Assembly (NCBI GenBank): GCA_965217585.1 | Contig: OZ244561.1 | Location: forward strand, 5,632,001 to 5,696,000 | Length of the DNA stretch: 64,000 nt | DNA from: Candidatus Latescibacterota bacterium | Lineage (GTDB): Bacteria; Latescibacterota; UBA2968; UBA8231 | Direction of reading: 5' to 3' | Translations under genes and position numbers: made by a program | Shown: positions 18,234-26,940 of the stretch, one piece after another | Layout: every line of letters starts with the position of its first letter | Position numbering within the stretch: position 1 is the first letter of the stretch | The notes under the pieces: generated by a model | The model's database searches: none | Told to the model about the DNA's origin: nothing | The model's input: only the letters and a program-made list of their open reading frames with translations

Positions 18234-20329
18234 ATCCCCAACTCCTCAAAGTTCTCCTTGATCGTCGCCGCCAACGTCGCCGCCTCTGCATTAAGCTCGT
18301 CTAGTTCCTCGTGAATCTCGCGCAGGGCCTCTCTGAAGTCGAAATCCTCGTCCTCCTCCTCGGGCGCGACGCCCACATAGCGGCCCGGAGTCAGGCTCCA
18401 GTCATTGGCCTCAATCTCGGCGCGATCCACCAGCTTAACCAGCCCCTCCACATCGCGCAGCTCAGCGTCCGGGAAGCGCTCAGTAAGCCAGTGAGCCTGC
18501 TGATAGAAGTAGCTCACCTGCTTGAGTTGCTCAACGGCTCGCTGACGGGCCTCGTCGGCGGGCCTGCGAGCGCGGGTGACGCCACGGGCGTCATAGAAGA
18601 CGCTGGACTTGGCATCGCACTCCTCCTCGCAAATCTCAATGAGGCGAGCAGCCAGCTTGTACAGGTGTTCGGCCTGTCCGGCAAGGTCGCGGCTGCTCTC
18701 AGCCAGCGAGGCGAGGTCGTCAACCCTTGTTTTCATCGTGCCGCTGTCAATTTCCGGGCCGGCCCAAGCCTCCCTTTGCGCGGCGACTGCCTTTTGGAAA
18801 GCGTCCCCGTCAGCCTCAAAGTCGCGCAGGGCTTTAGTCAAATTTTCGGACGCCTCGGCATGGACATCTTCTGCACCCAGCGTATTGAGAAAAGGAACCA
18901 GCGTATCCCGCAAGCTGTTGAGCGAGGCTAGAAAATTCGGCAGACCCCGTTCATCCTCGGTGCTGAAACACGCCTTGCCTTCGTCGAGGGCGCGGGTGCA
19001 GTAGCGCGACACCAGCTCGACAAAACGCTCGCTCTCGCCCCGATAAAGCCAGACGATAGCCAGCAAGTTCTGCTGCTGTTCGGGGCTGAAGTCGCAGATC
19101 TTGCGCGTCACTTGGCGGTACACGTTGCGCGCGTCGATCATCAGCACCTTATCGCGGTGCGCCTCGGGCTTGGCGCGGTTAAAAAACCACAGCTCGCACG
19201 GCACGGTGCGGGTATAGAAGAAGTTGCTGCGAATGGCGATCATCGCGTCCACATCGCCGCTCTCCACCAGCTTCCGCCGCACCTGCGCCTCACCGCCACC
19301 AGCACTAGACGCCTGCGACGACATCACAAAGCCAGCCAGCCCCCGCTCGTTCAGATAGCTATAGAAGTAGCTAATCCAGACATAGTTGCCGTTGCTGACT
19401 TTGCCCTGCTTGTTGACACCAGGTAAGCCAAACGGCAAGCGCGGATCAACCTTCACCTTGTCGGCGTCGATTTCGTCCACATTAAAGGGAGGATTGGCCA
19501 TGACGTAGTCGGCCTGTCCCACCAGTTCGTGCGGATCCTCGTAGTACGTGATGGCTTGCCGGATGTTTCCTTCGAGGCCGTGGACGGCGAGGTTCATCTT
19601 GGCGAGATGGATGGTGGTGGCGTTTTTCTCCAAGCCGCGGAAAGTGAGTCGCTCGGTGGGGCTCTGGCCGTGCTCCTCCACGGTGCGGGCGCTCTGCACG
19701 AACATGCCACCGGAGCCGCACGCCGGGTCCAGCACAGTGCCGCGCTGCGGATCGAGCACATGAGCAATCAGCGACACCAGCGACACGGGCGTGAAGAACT
19801 CCCCGCCGTCGTGGGCCTTCTGGTCGGCGAACTGCGTCAGGAAGTACTCGTAGATGCGGCCGAAGACATCGCCGGAAACCTGCTTCAACTCGTCCGGATT
19901 GAGCGTGCGCAGGAGCTGGCCGAGGACGGCACTGTCCAATTCCCGGTATTCGCTCTTGGGCAGGACGCCGCGCAGGCTGTCGTAGTCGTTCTCAATGGAC
20001 TCCATGGCCGCGATGATCGCTCCGGCCCGGTCTGCGCCATCGGGCAAGGCGACGAGATGATCGAACTGCGCCTCGGGCCGGAGGAAAATCGCGCTCTTTT
20101 GCGAGAAATCCTCCTTGGTCAGCGCCCGTTTCTTGCCGCCACGGGTGGGCAAGCTGGCCTCGATGCCCGGCTTGACGGCCAGATAGCGGCTGTAGGCGTG
20201 ACGCAGGAAAACCAGTCCCATTACCGGCAGGAAGTATTCGTTGCTGGCATGGCTGGAGTTGGCACGGAGCATATCTGCCGCGCTCCAGAGGCGTCTTTCA
20301 ATGGCTTCAATGTGTTCGAGTTGCGACAT
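18230..20329 (-). CDS. hsdM: Type I R-M DNA methyltransferase subunit M (long form)
   Basis: 'LWSAAD.LR', 'GEFFTP', 'DPACGSGGMF', catalytic 'NPPF', C-terminal 'SLTPGRYVG'. Confidence 0.97.
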   Translation of the reverse strand: MSQLEHIEAIERRLWSAADMLRANSSHASNEYFLPVMGLVFLRHAYSRYLAVKPGIEASLPTRGGKKRALTKEDFSQKSAIFLRPEAQFDHLVALPDGADRAGAIIAAMESIENDYDSLRGVLPKSEYRELDSAVLGQLLRTLNPDELKQVSGDVFGRIYEYFLTQFADQKAHDGGEFFTPVSLVSLIAHVLDPQRGTVLDPACGSGGMFVQSARTVEEHGQSPTERLTFRGLEKNATTIHLAKMNLAVHGLEGNIRQAITYYEDPHELVGQADYVMANPPFNVDEIDADKVKVDPRLPFGLPGVNKQGKVSNGNYVWISYFYSYLNERGLAGFVMSSQASSAGGGEAQVRRKLVESGDVDAMIAIRSNFFYTRTVPCELWFFNRAKPEAHRDKVLMIDARNVYRQVTRKICDFSPEQQQNLLAIVWLYRGESERFVELVSRYCTRALDEGKACFSTEDERGLPNFLASLNSLRDTLVPFLNTLGAEDVHAEASENLTKALRDFEADGDAFQKAVAAQREAWAGPEIDSGTMKTRVDDLASLAESSRDLAGQAEHLYKLAARLIEICEEECDAKSSVFYDARGVTRARRPADEARQRAVEQLKQVSYFYQQAHWLTERFPDAELRDVEGLVKLVDRAEIEANDWSLTPGRYVGVAPEEEDEDFDFREALREIHEELDELNAEAATLAATIKENFEELGI

Positions 20330-20430
20330 ACCTATCCCGCAGCAAAGGGGGCTTACATACCCCACGCAATGATGATTCCATATATATTTAGAAAAAACGC
20401 CGTTGACGACCGTACTTCAAACGAATAACC

Positions 20431-21903
20431 CTACATCCCCACCGCAAACACCTTCGCTCGGCCCATGTGCAGGCGAATCGCCACCTGTCTGCCGCGCAAG
20501 GCCGACAGGTCGCTGCTGCCCCGCCACGTCGCCACCCCAGCCAACTCGTCGCCGGCCAGCACGTCCGCTTCCTCTAACCCAAAGCCCTCTATGGCCCGCA
20601 CCGGCGCAGCCGGAGAAGAGGGCGGCTCGACCAGCTCGGCCTTGATCCAACCGCCTTCCTTTTGCGTCTGGAAATTGAGCGTCAACTCGCGGCCCTCACA
20701 CTCGCGTTCAACCAGCGTTACGCGCCCCTCCACCGGCGCTTCAAGAGCTACCAGCCGATCCCGCTTCCAAGTGGCCCACCGCCATTCCGCAGGGCGGCCC
20801 GGTTCGTACCGCTCTCCCCAATCGTGCAAGTCGTACTGCCCAATGAACATCACGCCCCACGTCTCCGGGTCGAGCGAGACCAATTCCGGGAAGGCAAACA
20901 GCATGCCGTACCCTTCAGGCTCAGGGGAGATGATGGGCTTGCGCTCGGGCCGGCTCCACAGCAAGCCGTCGCGGCTAGTCGCCAATTGTACATCCACAGT
21001 GGCCGTCCAGCGGTGGTACATGGCTGGGAACATCAGGTGGAAGCCGCCGTGGGGATAGCGGCAATAGCCCGCCGCGTACACGTCGTCGTCGATGGGATCT
21101 TGCGGATCTGCGCCGAATACCGGGCGCGGCGGCGACCATTTCCCGAACTCTGCGCCCTCGGTGCGGCGCACGATGCGGCGGCGATTTTGATGGCCGCGCA
21201 AATAGGCCACGTATTGACCGGCTTCCGCGTCGTACGCAGCGATGTTGTGGCTGTCGAGCCCGGTGCGGCCCACGTTCAAAAGCGGCTCCTCCAAGAAGGT
21301 CCACTGCTTGCCGTCGGGCGACACCGCACCTTTGAGCAAGCCGATGAAATATAGGGCGGCGGCCCGCTGCTCTGGCGTGTAGCCGGCCTCTGTCATGGCA
21401 CGGCGAATAGCCCACTTGCGATCCCGAGTCATCGCGGGCACCGGCACGCCCTCGTGATAGGTAATAGAATCGCGCGCCATGGCCTTGTAACGAGCCTCCG
21501 GCGGGGCCTCGGGATCCACAAACACGGATTGCAGCCCAAAATCGCCGAAGCGGAAGAGCAGGTTGTTGGCCGTGCTGCCGTCGTATTCTTGCAAATGCAG
21601 GGCCGGTCGCTCCCAACAAAAGCCGTCCGCGCTCTCGGCGTACGCAATGAAGGGAGGTTGGTCCTCACCAGCGCCGCGGGCGATGTACCACATCTTTAGC
21701 ACGCCGTCATCGCAGAGTACAACCTGCGGCGTCAGGCCGCCCGCTTCCCAAGGATGCTCCGGCGCGATGAAGACCGGGGACTTGCTCGCCTCCTGCACGG
21801 CCAAGCGCACGCCGACCGGCGGGTCTTGCACCCAGGCTTGGCCGCCTTCAATGCCGGCTTGGCCGGCCCATACGCCATACCAATCGAGAAAGGGCTGTGG
21901 CAT
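20431..21903 (-). CDS. Uncharacterised five-bladed beta-propeller glycoside-hydrolase-like protein
   Basis: Asp-box-like repeats 'YAESADG..W', 'AVSPDG..W', 'ATSRDG..W'; 'VFVDP...PEARYK'. Confidence 0.6.
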   Translation of the reverse strand: MPQPFLDWYGVWAGQAGIEGGQAWVQDPPVGVRLAVQEASKSPVFIAPEHPWEAGGLTPQVVLCDDGVLKMWYIARGAGEDQPPFIAYAESADGFCWERPALHLQEYDGSTANNLLFRFGDFGLQSVFVDPEAPPEARYKAMARDSITYHEGVPVPAMTRDRKWAIRRAMTEAGYTPEQRAAALYFIGLLKGAVSPDGKQWTFLEEPLLNVGRTGLDSHNIAAYDAEAGQYVAYLRGHQNRRRIVRRTEGAEFGKWSPPRPVFGADPQDPIDDDVYAAGYCRYPHGGFHLMFPAMYHRWTATVDVQLATSRDGLLWSRPERKPIISPEPEGYGMLFAFPELVSLDPETWGVMFIGQYDLHDWGERYEPGRPAEWRWATWKRDRLVALEAPVEGRVTLVERECEGRELTLNFQTQKEGGWIKAELVEPPSSPAAPVRAIEGFGLEEADVLAGDELAGVATWRGSSDLSALRGRQVAIRLHMGRAKVFAVGM

Positions 21904-21906
21904 GGC

Positions 21907-22569
21907 TTAGGTCGGCCAGTTCTGGTGGACCAAAAGGCGCAAGCGGTCGGTTTCGCTTAGGTGCTCTTTGATTTCTCCCGTAAACTCCGCCAAGGTCTGC
22001 TCCACCGTGGCGTCGGACGTGTCGAGGGCAAATTTCTTGCGGATGAGCGAATCGCGGAATTCCTCCTCAAAACGCTGCAACACGTACTCGATATCCTTTT
22101 CCTGCACCACCGGCCGCTCGTGCGGCTGCTCGCGCATGCGCTGAGCAATGACTTCGGACCGAGCCCGCAGCAGCACGAGTACCGTATCGGGTGCGTGCTG
22201 CATGATCTCCTCGTCGAAGGCACGAGCCAGCGCGGCGCGGTCGCCGTACTCGCCTCGGCCCCCGTAGCCGTAGTACAGGGGCGCGTACACGGCCTCTTCA
22301 ATGTGGAAACCCACCAAGTTGTGGTCCGGGTCGCTGTAGAAAGCGGGGTGGAAGTGGTAGTTCATCATGTAGCGCTGGAACATCTCCTTCAGCCGTGGGC
22401 TGAGCGCCAGCAGTTGCTCCTGCTCCTCTACGGGGAACTCGTTGCACGGCAGGCTGAAGTGGTCGTGAAAGGTGCGCGACGAGCCAAAGGTGCGCTCGGT
22501 CCAACCGACAATTTCGCTGGCCAAGGTCGTCTTGCCAGCGTATTCGCAACCTACGAGAATCAGTTTCAT
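21907..22569 (-). CDS. P-loop nucleotide kinase (thymidylate-kinase-like fold)
   Basis: 'LILVGCEYAGKTT', lid 'A..EVIAQRM'. Confidence 0.7.
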   Translation of the reverse strand: MKLILVGCEYAGKTTLASEIVGWTERTFGSSRTFHDHFSLPCNEFPVEEQEQLLALSPRLKEMFQRYMMNYHFHPAFYSDPDHNLVGFHIEEAVYAPLYYGYGGRGEYGDRAALARAFDEEIMQHAPDTVLVLLRARSEVIAQRMREQPHERPVVQEKDIEYVLQRFEEEFRDSLIRKKFALDTSDATVEQTLAEFTGEIKEHLSETDRLRLLVHQNWPT

Positions 22570-22685
22570 ATTCCATTCTCCCGCGCCTGAACGGCGCTAA
22601 TCGAGGTCGTGGTTTCGCGTAATAATTCCATAATATAGCGCCAAGAGCGGGTCGGTCCTAAGCGGTATCTGAACGGTGGCTGGCG

Positions 22686-24023
22686 TTAGCCCTCAGCGCG
22701 CGGAAGATCGAGCACTAATTCTTTGCCCGCTTTGAACAAATCGTGCAGATGCACATAGCGGAACAGCGAGCTTCTGCCCGTCAGGTAGAGATTCTCAAAG
22801 GTCTGGAAGTAGGCAACGAGGCGTTCTACATGCTCGGCCAATCCCACTTCGAGCACGGGATAGGCAAAGGGCAATTTGTAGGTAGCAAAGCATACGACTT
22901 CGCCTTCCGCAATCGGCTTCACGCGCTGCAACGCTTCCCATACGGAGCGGCGCAACGCCTCTGCCGACATATTCCACACGGCATCTTCGCGAAAACAGGG
23001 CAGTTCGAGCACAATGGCTGTTTGCCCCTCGGGTGCCATGTGGCGACTGCGATTTTTGGGTTCGTACAGGCGAGTAAATGGGAACTCTGCGCCGGGAAAA
23101 TAGAGCGAGGCGTTGGGCGAAAAAGAGGGCCGAGCCAAACCGAACACGCAAAGAATCAGATTGCGGTACTTAACCGCATTGGCCGCGGCCAGCAACTCCG
23201 GGGGCGGCGGGGGATCCAGCATCTTCGCCGAAAGGGTCAGCGGCAGCGTATTGACGACAGTGGACACCTCCACTTCCGCGTCGTCGTTGAGAACGACGCG
23301 GTCCAATCGCCCGCGCGAATGCACCAGCCGACTCACCCGACTGTTGCTTCGAATCCGCTTGCTGCCGATGCATTCGCTCATCTTATCGACGATCATGCCA
23401 AACCCGTACTTGGGGTACAAGAAAGAACCGTCCAAATGGCCCGGACGGCTGGCCTTGCCTAATAGAACCTCCCGCACAAAACTGGCCAGATTCAGACCTT
23501 TCATCCGCCCCCCTGATACATCCGTAGAAAGTTGGTGTGGATCGGCTCCCCACAACTTTTTCGAATAGTTGAGCAAAAAGAGGTTGGCCAGCGTCTGGCC
23601 GTACTGATTCAGGGCGAATTCCCCAAAACTTGCCGCTGTCTGGCGACGTTTTAAGCGCAGGTTCTCGGCGGCGATTTTCAACAGAGTTTTGCGGTCGAGT
23701 CGCTTGACTATATTGCCCATTTGCAGGGGAAAGCTAAAAAACTCTCCTTGAAAAAAAATCTCGCTCGGTGCTGCGACGTCAGAAAGCTCGTCGCCCAAAA
23801 GCCCTTTGATCTCGCAAGTGACCTCCGGGTCTTTGTCGTGCAGGCGGTGGGCACCGGTATCAAACAGAAACTCACCTAAGCGCAGGGTGCGGCAATTGCC
23901 CCCTGGCTGGTCACCGGCTTCAAAAAGCAAAAAGTCCAAGCCGCGCTTTTTGGCGTAATAGCCGGCAGCTAGGCCAGCCGGGCCGCCTCCCAAGATGTGT
24001 ATGTCGGCGTCGAGTGTTTTCAA
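22686..24023 (-). CDS. FAD-dependent oxidoreductase (amine oxidase/HemY/UDP-galactopyranose-mutase-like)
   Basis: 'ILGGGPAGL', 'GG..RT', 'FDTGAHR', 'FLYPKYGFG', 'AYPV', 'GR...FRY'. Confidence 0.8.
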   Translation of the reverse strand: MKTLDADIHILGGGPAGLAAGYYAKKRGLDFLLFEAGDQPGGNCRTLRLGEFLFDTGAHRLHDKDPEVTCEIKGLLGDELSDVAAPSEIFFQGEFFSFPLQMGNIVKRLDRKTLLKIAAENLRLKRRQTAASFGEFALNQYGQTLANLFLLNYSKKLWGADPHQLSTDVSGGRMKGLNLASFVREVLLGKASRPGHLDGSFLYPKYGFGMIVDKMSECIGSKRIRSNSRVSRLVHSRGRLDRVVLNDDAEVEVSTVVNTLPLTLSAKMLDPPPPPELLAAANAVKYRNLILCVFGLARPSFSPNASLYFPGAEFPFTRLYEPKNRSRHMAPEGQTAIVLELPCFREDAVWNMSAEALRRSVWEALQRVKPIAEGEVVCFATYKLPFAYPVLEVGLAEHVERLVAYFQTFENLYLTGRSSLFRYVHLHDLFKAGKELVLDLPRAEG

Positions 24024-24041
24024 TCAAAATACGCAGGTGAA

Positions 24042-25433
24042 TTAATACTCGTACAATGTGAGTTCCGACCACATGCGATTGACATACGGGTTGTGGTAAA
24101 ACGTCTTGGTCGCTTTCGGCACTCGATCTTGCAATGGGCTGCCGATGACCACTAACTCGGCTGTGTCGTCGAGCGCATTGAGCGCGTGCAAATCGCCCTG
24201 GTCTCTAACGGGTATATAGACGGCCCGCAGCGCCTGGGAGGCCAGATAGTATTTGATCAGAGGCACTGATGCAACGTGCAGGGCATCGCTTTTTTTCGCC
24301 GCGAGGTATTGGTGTACCTGAGCGATGGCCGTGGGCTTTTTGTGCTGGACGACTAAATGCAAGGTCACATAGCCATAGCATAGAAAAAAGGCGACTACAA
24401 CCAAGCGAAAAAACCGATGGCTGTGGGTGGCGATCTGAGCACAGGCAAAAGCTGGGATGAGCGCCAAAAAGGGCACTAGCGGCAAGACGTGCCGGCTTTT
24501 GTGCACCACATTTTGAAAGAGGAAAATCCAGCCCAGATAGAGGACGCAACCTATAAACGGCGCACTCAGCAACACCGAGCGGTTCGCCCGCTGCACCACG
24601 GCGCGCCAATTGGCCGCCAAGATACCGAGCAGTGCGACGGTAGTGCAGACTGTCACTACATGACGCCCCCCCCAATAGAGACCAAAACCATCGGCCCATA
24701 TGCTCTCGAACAGTCCCAGCGAGCGCAAAGCGAAATCGGGCTCAGTGGCAACCGTGCCGCCAAAGTCGGCGAAGTGGCCCTGAGTCTGCCTCTGCGCCGC
24801 CTTTGTCAACTCGGTCCAGCCGGTGATCGCGATTAAGGGAATCAGCCAGATGCCTACGCCGGCCGCACCAGCAGCGACGAATTGCAATCGCGGGCCTCGT
24901 TCCTTTAACCTCAGCAACAGAGGCACTAACAACATGGGCGCATAAGAAAGGCGCACCCCGAGCGAGATCCCCGCGATAAAAAATCCCAACCCTGCTTTGC
25001 CCGACTCTTGTTTGGCGGCAAAATAGCAACAAGCCAAAACACAGGCGACGCCCATGGCATCGGGCATATAGCGATTGCTCATCAGCCACAGCAGCGGATT
25101 GAAGAATATCAAAAAGGCGGCGATCAGGCCCAAGGGCGTGGTGATTTTAATCTGGGCGATGCCGAGCGCGAAATAGATTATGCCGAAGGTTGCTACGCCG
25201 CCCAGCACTGCAAACGCCACGGCATAGCGGTCGGTGAGTGCGTAGATCGCCTTGGCGAAAAAGCAAAAGACCGGATAGGCTGGGAAGTGAGGTTGTAATT
25301 TGGTTACGTCGTAATCGACCACCCCTAAGGCGAAACGCAAGCTATCCAAGTCTTCTATATAGTACACGGCGCTCATAAGCCGCGATCCCAGACAAAGGAT
25401 CAGCACCGCACCCCATACCTTGCGCTCGGTCAC
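24042..25433 (-). CDS. Multi-pass membrane protein, probable GT-C fold glycosyltransferase
   Basis: Many hydrophobic segments; first loop 'EDLDSLRF..G..DYD....PHFPAYP', 'MPD', 'G.R', 'RH.LPL.P'. Confidence 0.55.
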   Translation of the reverse strand: MTERKVWGAVLILCLGSRLMSAVYYIEDLDSLRFALGVVDYDVTKLQPHFPAYPVFCFFAKAIYALTDRYAVAFAVLGGVATFGIIYFALGIAQIKITTPLGLIAAFLIFFNPLLWLMSNRYMPDAMGVACVLACCYFAAKQESGKAGLGFFIAGISLGVRLSYAPMLLVPLLLRLKERGPRLQFVAAGAAGVGIWLIPLIAITGWTELTKAAQRQTQGHFADFGGTVATEPDFALRSLGLFESIWADGFGLYWGGRHVVTVCTTVALLGILAANWRAVVQRANRSVLLSAPFIGCVLYLGWIFLFQNVVHKSRHVLPLVPFLALIPAFACAQIATHSHRFFRLVVVAFFLCYGYVTLHLVVQHKKPTAIAQVHQYLAAKKSDALHVASVPLIKYYLASQALRAVYIPVRDQGDLHALNALDDTAELVVIGSPLQDRVPKATKTFYHNPYVNRMWSELTLYEY

Positions 25434-25508
25434 GCCTCGCTTGCTCCTAGAAAGAGAATTCTGCCATGACGAAATCTAATAAGCTATCTGGAAATTCTAG
25501 GTGACAAA

Positions 25509-25551
25509 TGCAAACGCGGCGGTTGGCCCAACGCCGACCGCCGCGTTTGCA
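25509..25551 (-). terminator. Stem-loop downstream of the DUF4856 gene
   Basis: tgcaaacgcggcggt ... accgccgcgtttgca, 15-bp perfect arms; only a short U run follows. Confidence 0.6.
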
Positions 25552-25586
25552 GCTACACAGCCCCAAAGGACTTTAGAAACAATCGC

Positions 25587-26882
25587 CTACCAGTTGGCCA
25601 TATTGTCGGCGGAAAAGCCGTAAGCTTCTTGCAGCACGTCCTTGGCGCGCATGTAACTGCTCACAATCCCATCGTACGCGTCACTGCCCGGCGCTTCATA
25701 GGAGGGCGCTGGTCCCATAATGCCGTGTAATTCCTCAAGTTGGCCTTGGCTGATCAGGCGGAAGGGACTGTACTGCAACGCAACCGTAAATCCCTTCATT
25801 TCCGCCCAGTGCTTGTTCAAGTTGACCCGATTTTCATCGTCCGTGCCTAGGGCGGCCATATCGCTCAAGGTATCGTTGATATAGTGTACCACCGTTGCAG
25901 CGATGACCTTCTCCATGCCGTTGGCTGCTGCTTCGCGCTGGGCGGCAATATCGCTGGCCGAGCCTTGGTTGACGATCAAGGTGCGCCCGGCGAGGAACGC
26001 CGCAAAGATGTCTCTGGTAAAATCGACTCCACTGCCGCCCTTGTCGCGCTTACCTGCATTCCGCGACAGACCAAAGTTGTACTCCGATTTGAAATCGATC
26101 TGGCCGTCCCCGTTGGAGTCGAAGATGTAGTCGTCAACCGAGCCGGCTAGTTGCTCGTCGGAGTAGCGGCCGTAGTCGCGGGCAGCGCCAAAATAGCCGA
26201 AGGCCTCGTCCCAATGATGCTCCATCTCCGTGTACGATTTGCCCTCTGCGGGACTGCCGTTTTCGTCCTCCAAAAGGCCACCTAAATAGACTCCGGTGGC
26301 TTGGTAATAGGGCACGGCACCGATGAGCACTTTGTTGATCATCTGGGTCAGATCGACCCCGTTGTCGTCGGTATAAACCGCCGGGGTACCCAGCTTGTCG
26401 GCATCCTGCGAATTGGCGGCGATGATCTCAAACCACTCGCGCACCAGTTCGTCGGCCGTCTTGCCATAGCCGATGACGACATCACTCGAGATTTTGCTGA
26501 CTAGGTTTTTGCCCGTTGAAATGGAGGAATAGCGATTTTCGACCACCGGCATGTCCCCGGCCGTGCTCAGCGATTCCAAGTCGAGGCCATCGTCGTAGGC
26601 GTAGAGCTTGAGCAAATCATCCACTGAAATAGGCTCAGCTCCCTCTTTGCCCAGATTGTCGATAGCGATCTTCAGGTCTTGCAGCAGCAAATTGCGCACC
26701 GTCTGACCGGAATAGGAGACGCTGCTTTCGCCCTCGTTGAAGCGGCTGTCGAAGACATAGGCAGTGGGAATATCAATGGTAGTGTTCCCACTGCCACTAT
26801 CGACGGGATTGTCGTCGTCGCCACCGCCGCAGGCGATGAGCAGGGCACTGGCGAGCAAAATACTGCATTTGAGGCTCCTCAT
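25587..26882 (-). CDS. DUF4856-like (imelysin-related) lipoprotein
   Basis: Lipobox LIAC; 'SVSYSGQT.R', 'YTEMEHHWDEAFGYFGA', 'F..GR', 'KHWAEMKGF'. Confidence 0.8.
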   Translation of the reverse strand: MRSLKCSILLASALLIACGGGDDDNPVDSGSGNTTIDIPTAYVFDSRFNEGESSVSYSGQTVRNLLLQDLKIAIDNLGKEGAEPISVDDLLKLYAYDDGLDLESLSTAGDMPVVENRYSSISTGKNLVSKISSDVVIGYGKTADELVREWFEIIAANSQDADKLGTPAVYTDDNGVDLTQMINKVLIGAVPYYQATGVYLGGLLEDENGSPAEGKSYTEMEHHWDEAFGYFGAARDYGRYSDEQLAGSVDDYIFDSNGDGQIDFKSEYNFGLSRNAGKRDKGGSGVDFTRDIFAAFLAGRTLIVNQGSASDIAAQREAAANGMEKVIAATVVHYINDTLSDMAALGTDDENRVNLNKHWAEMKGFTVALQYSPFRLISQGQLEELHGIMGPAPSYEAPGSDAYDGIVSSYMRAKDVLQEAYGFSADNMANW

Positions 26883-26940
26883 GGATGCTCTCCTTTCTTA
26901 CAAGGTTGATGGAGGGATCGTTGTCGTCGTGTGAGAGGTT

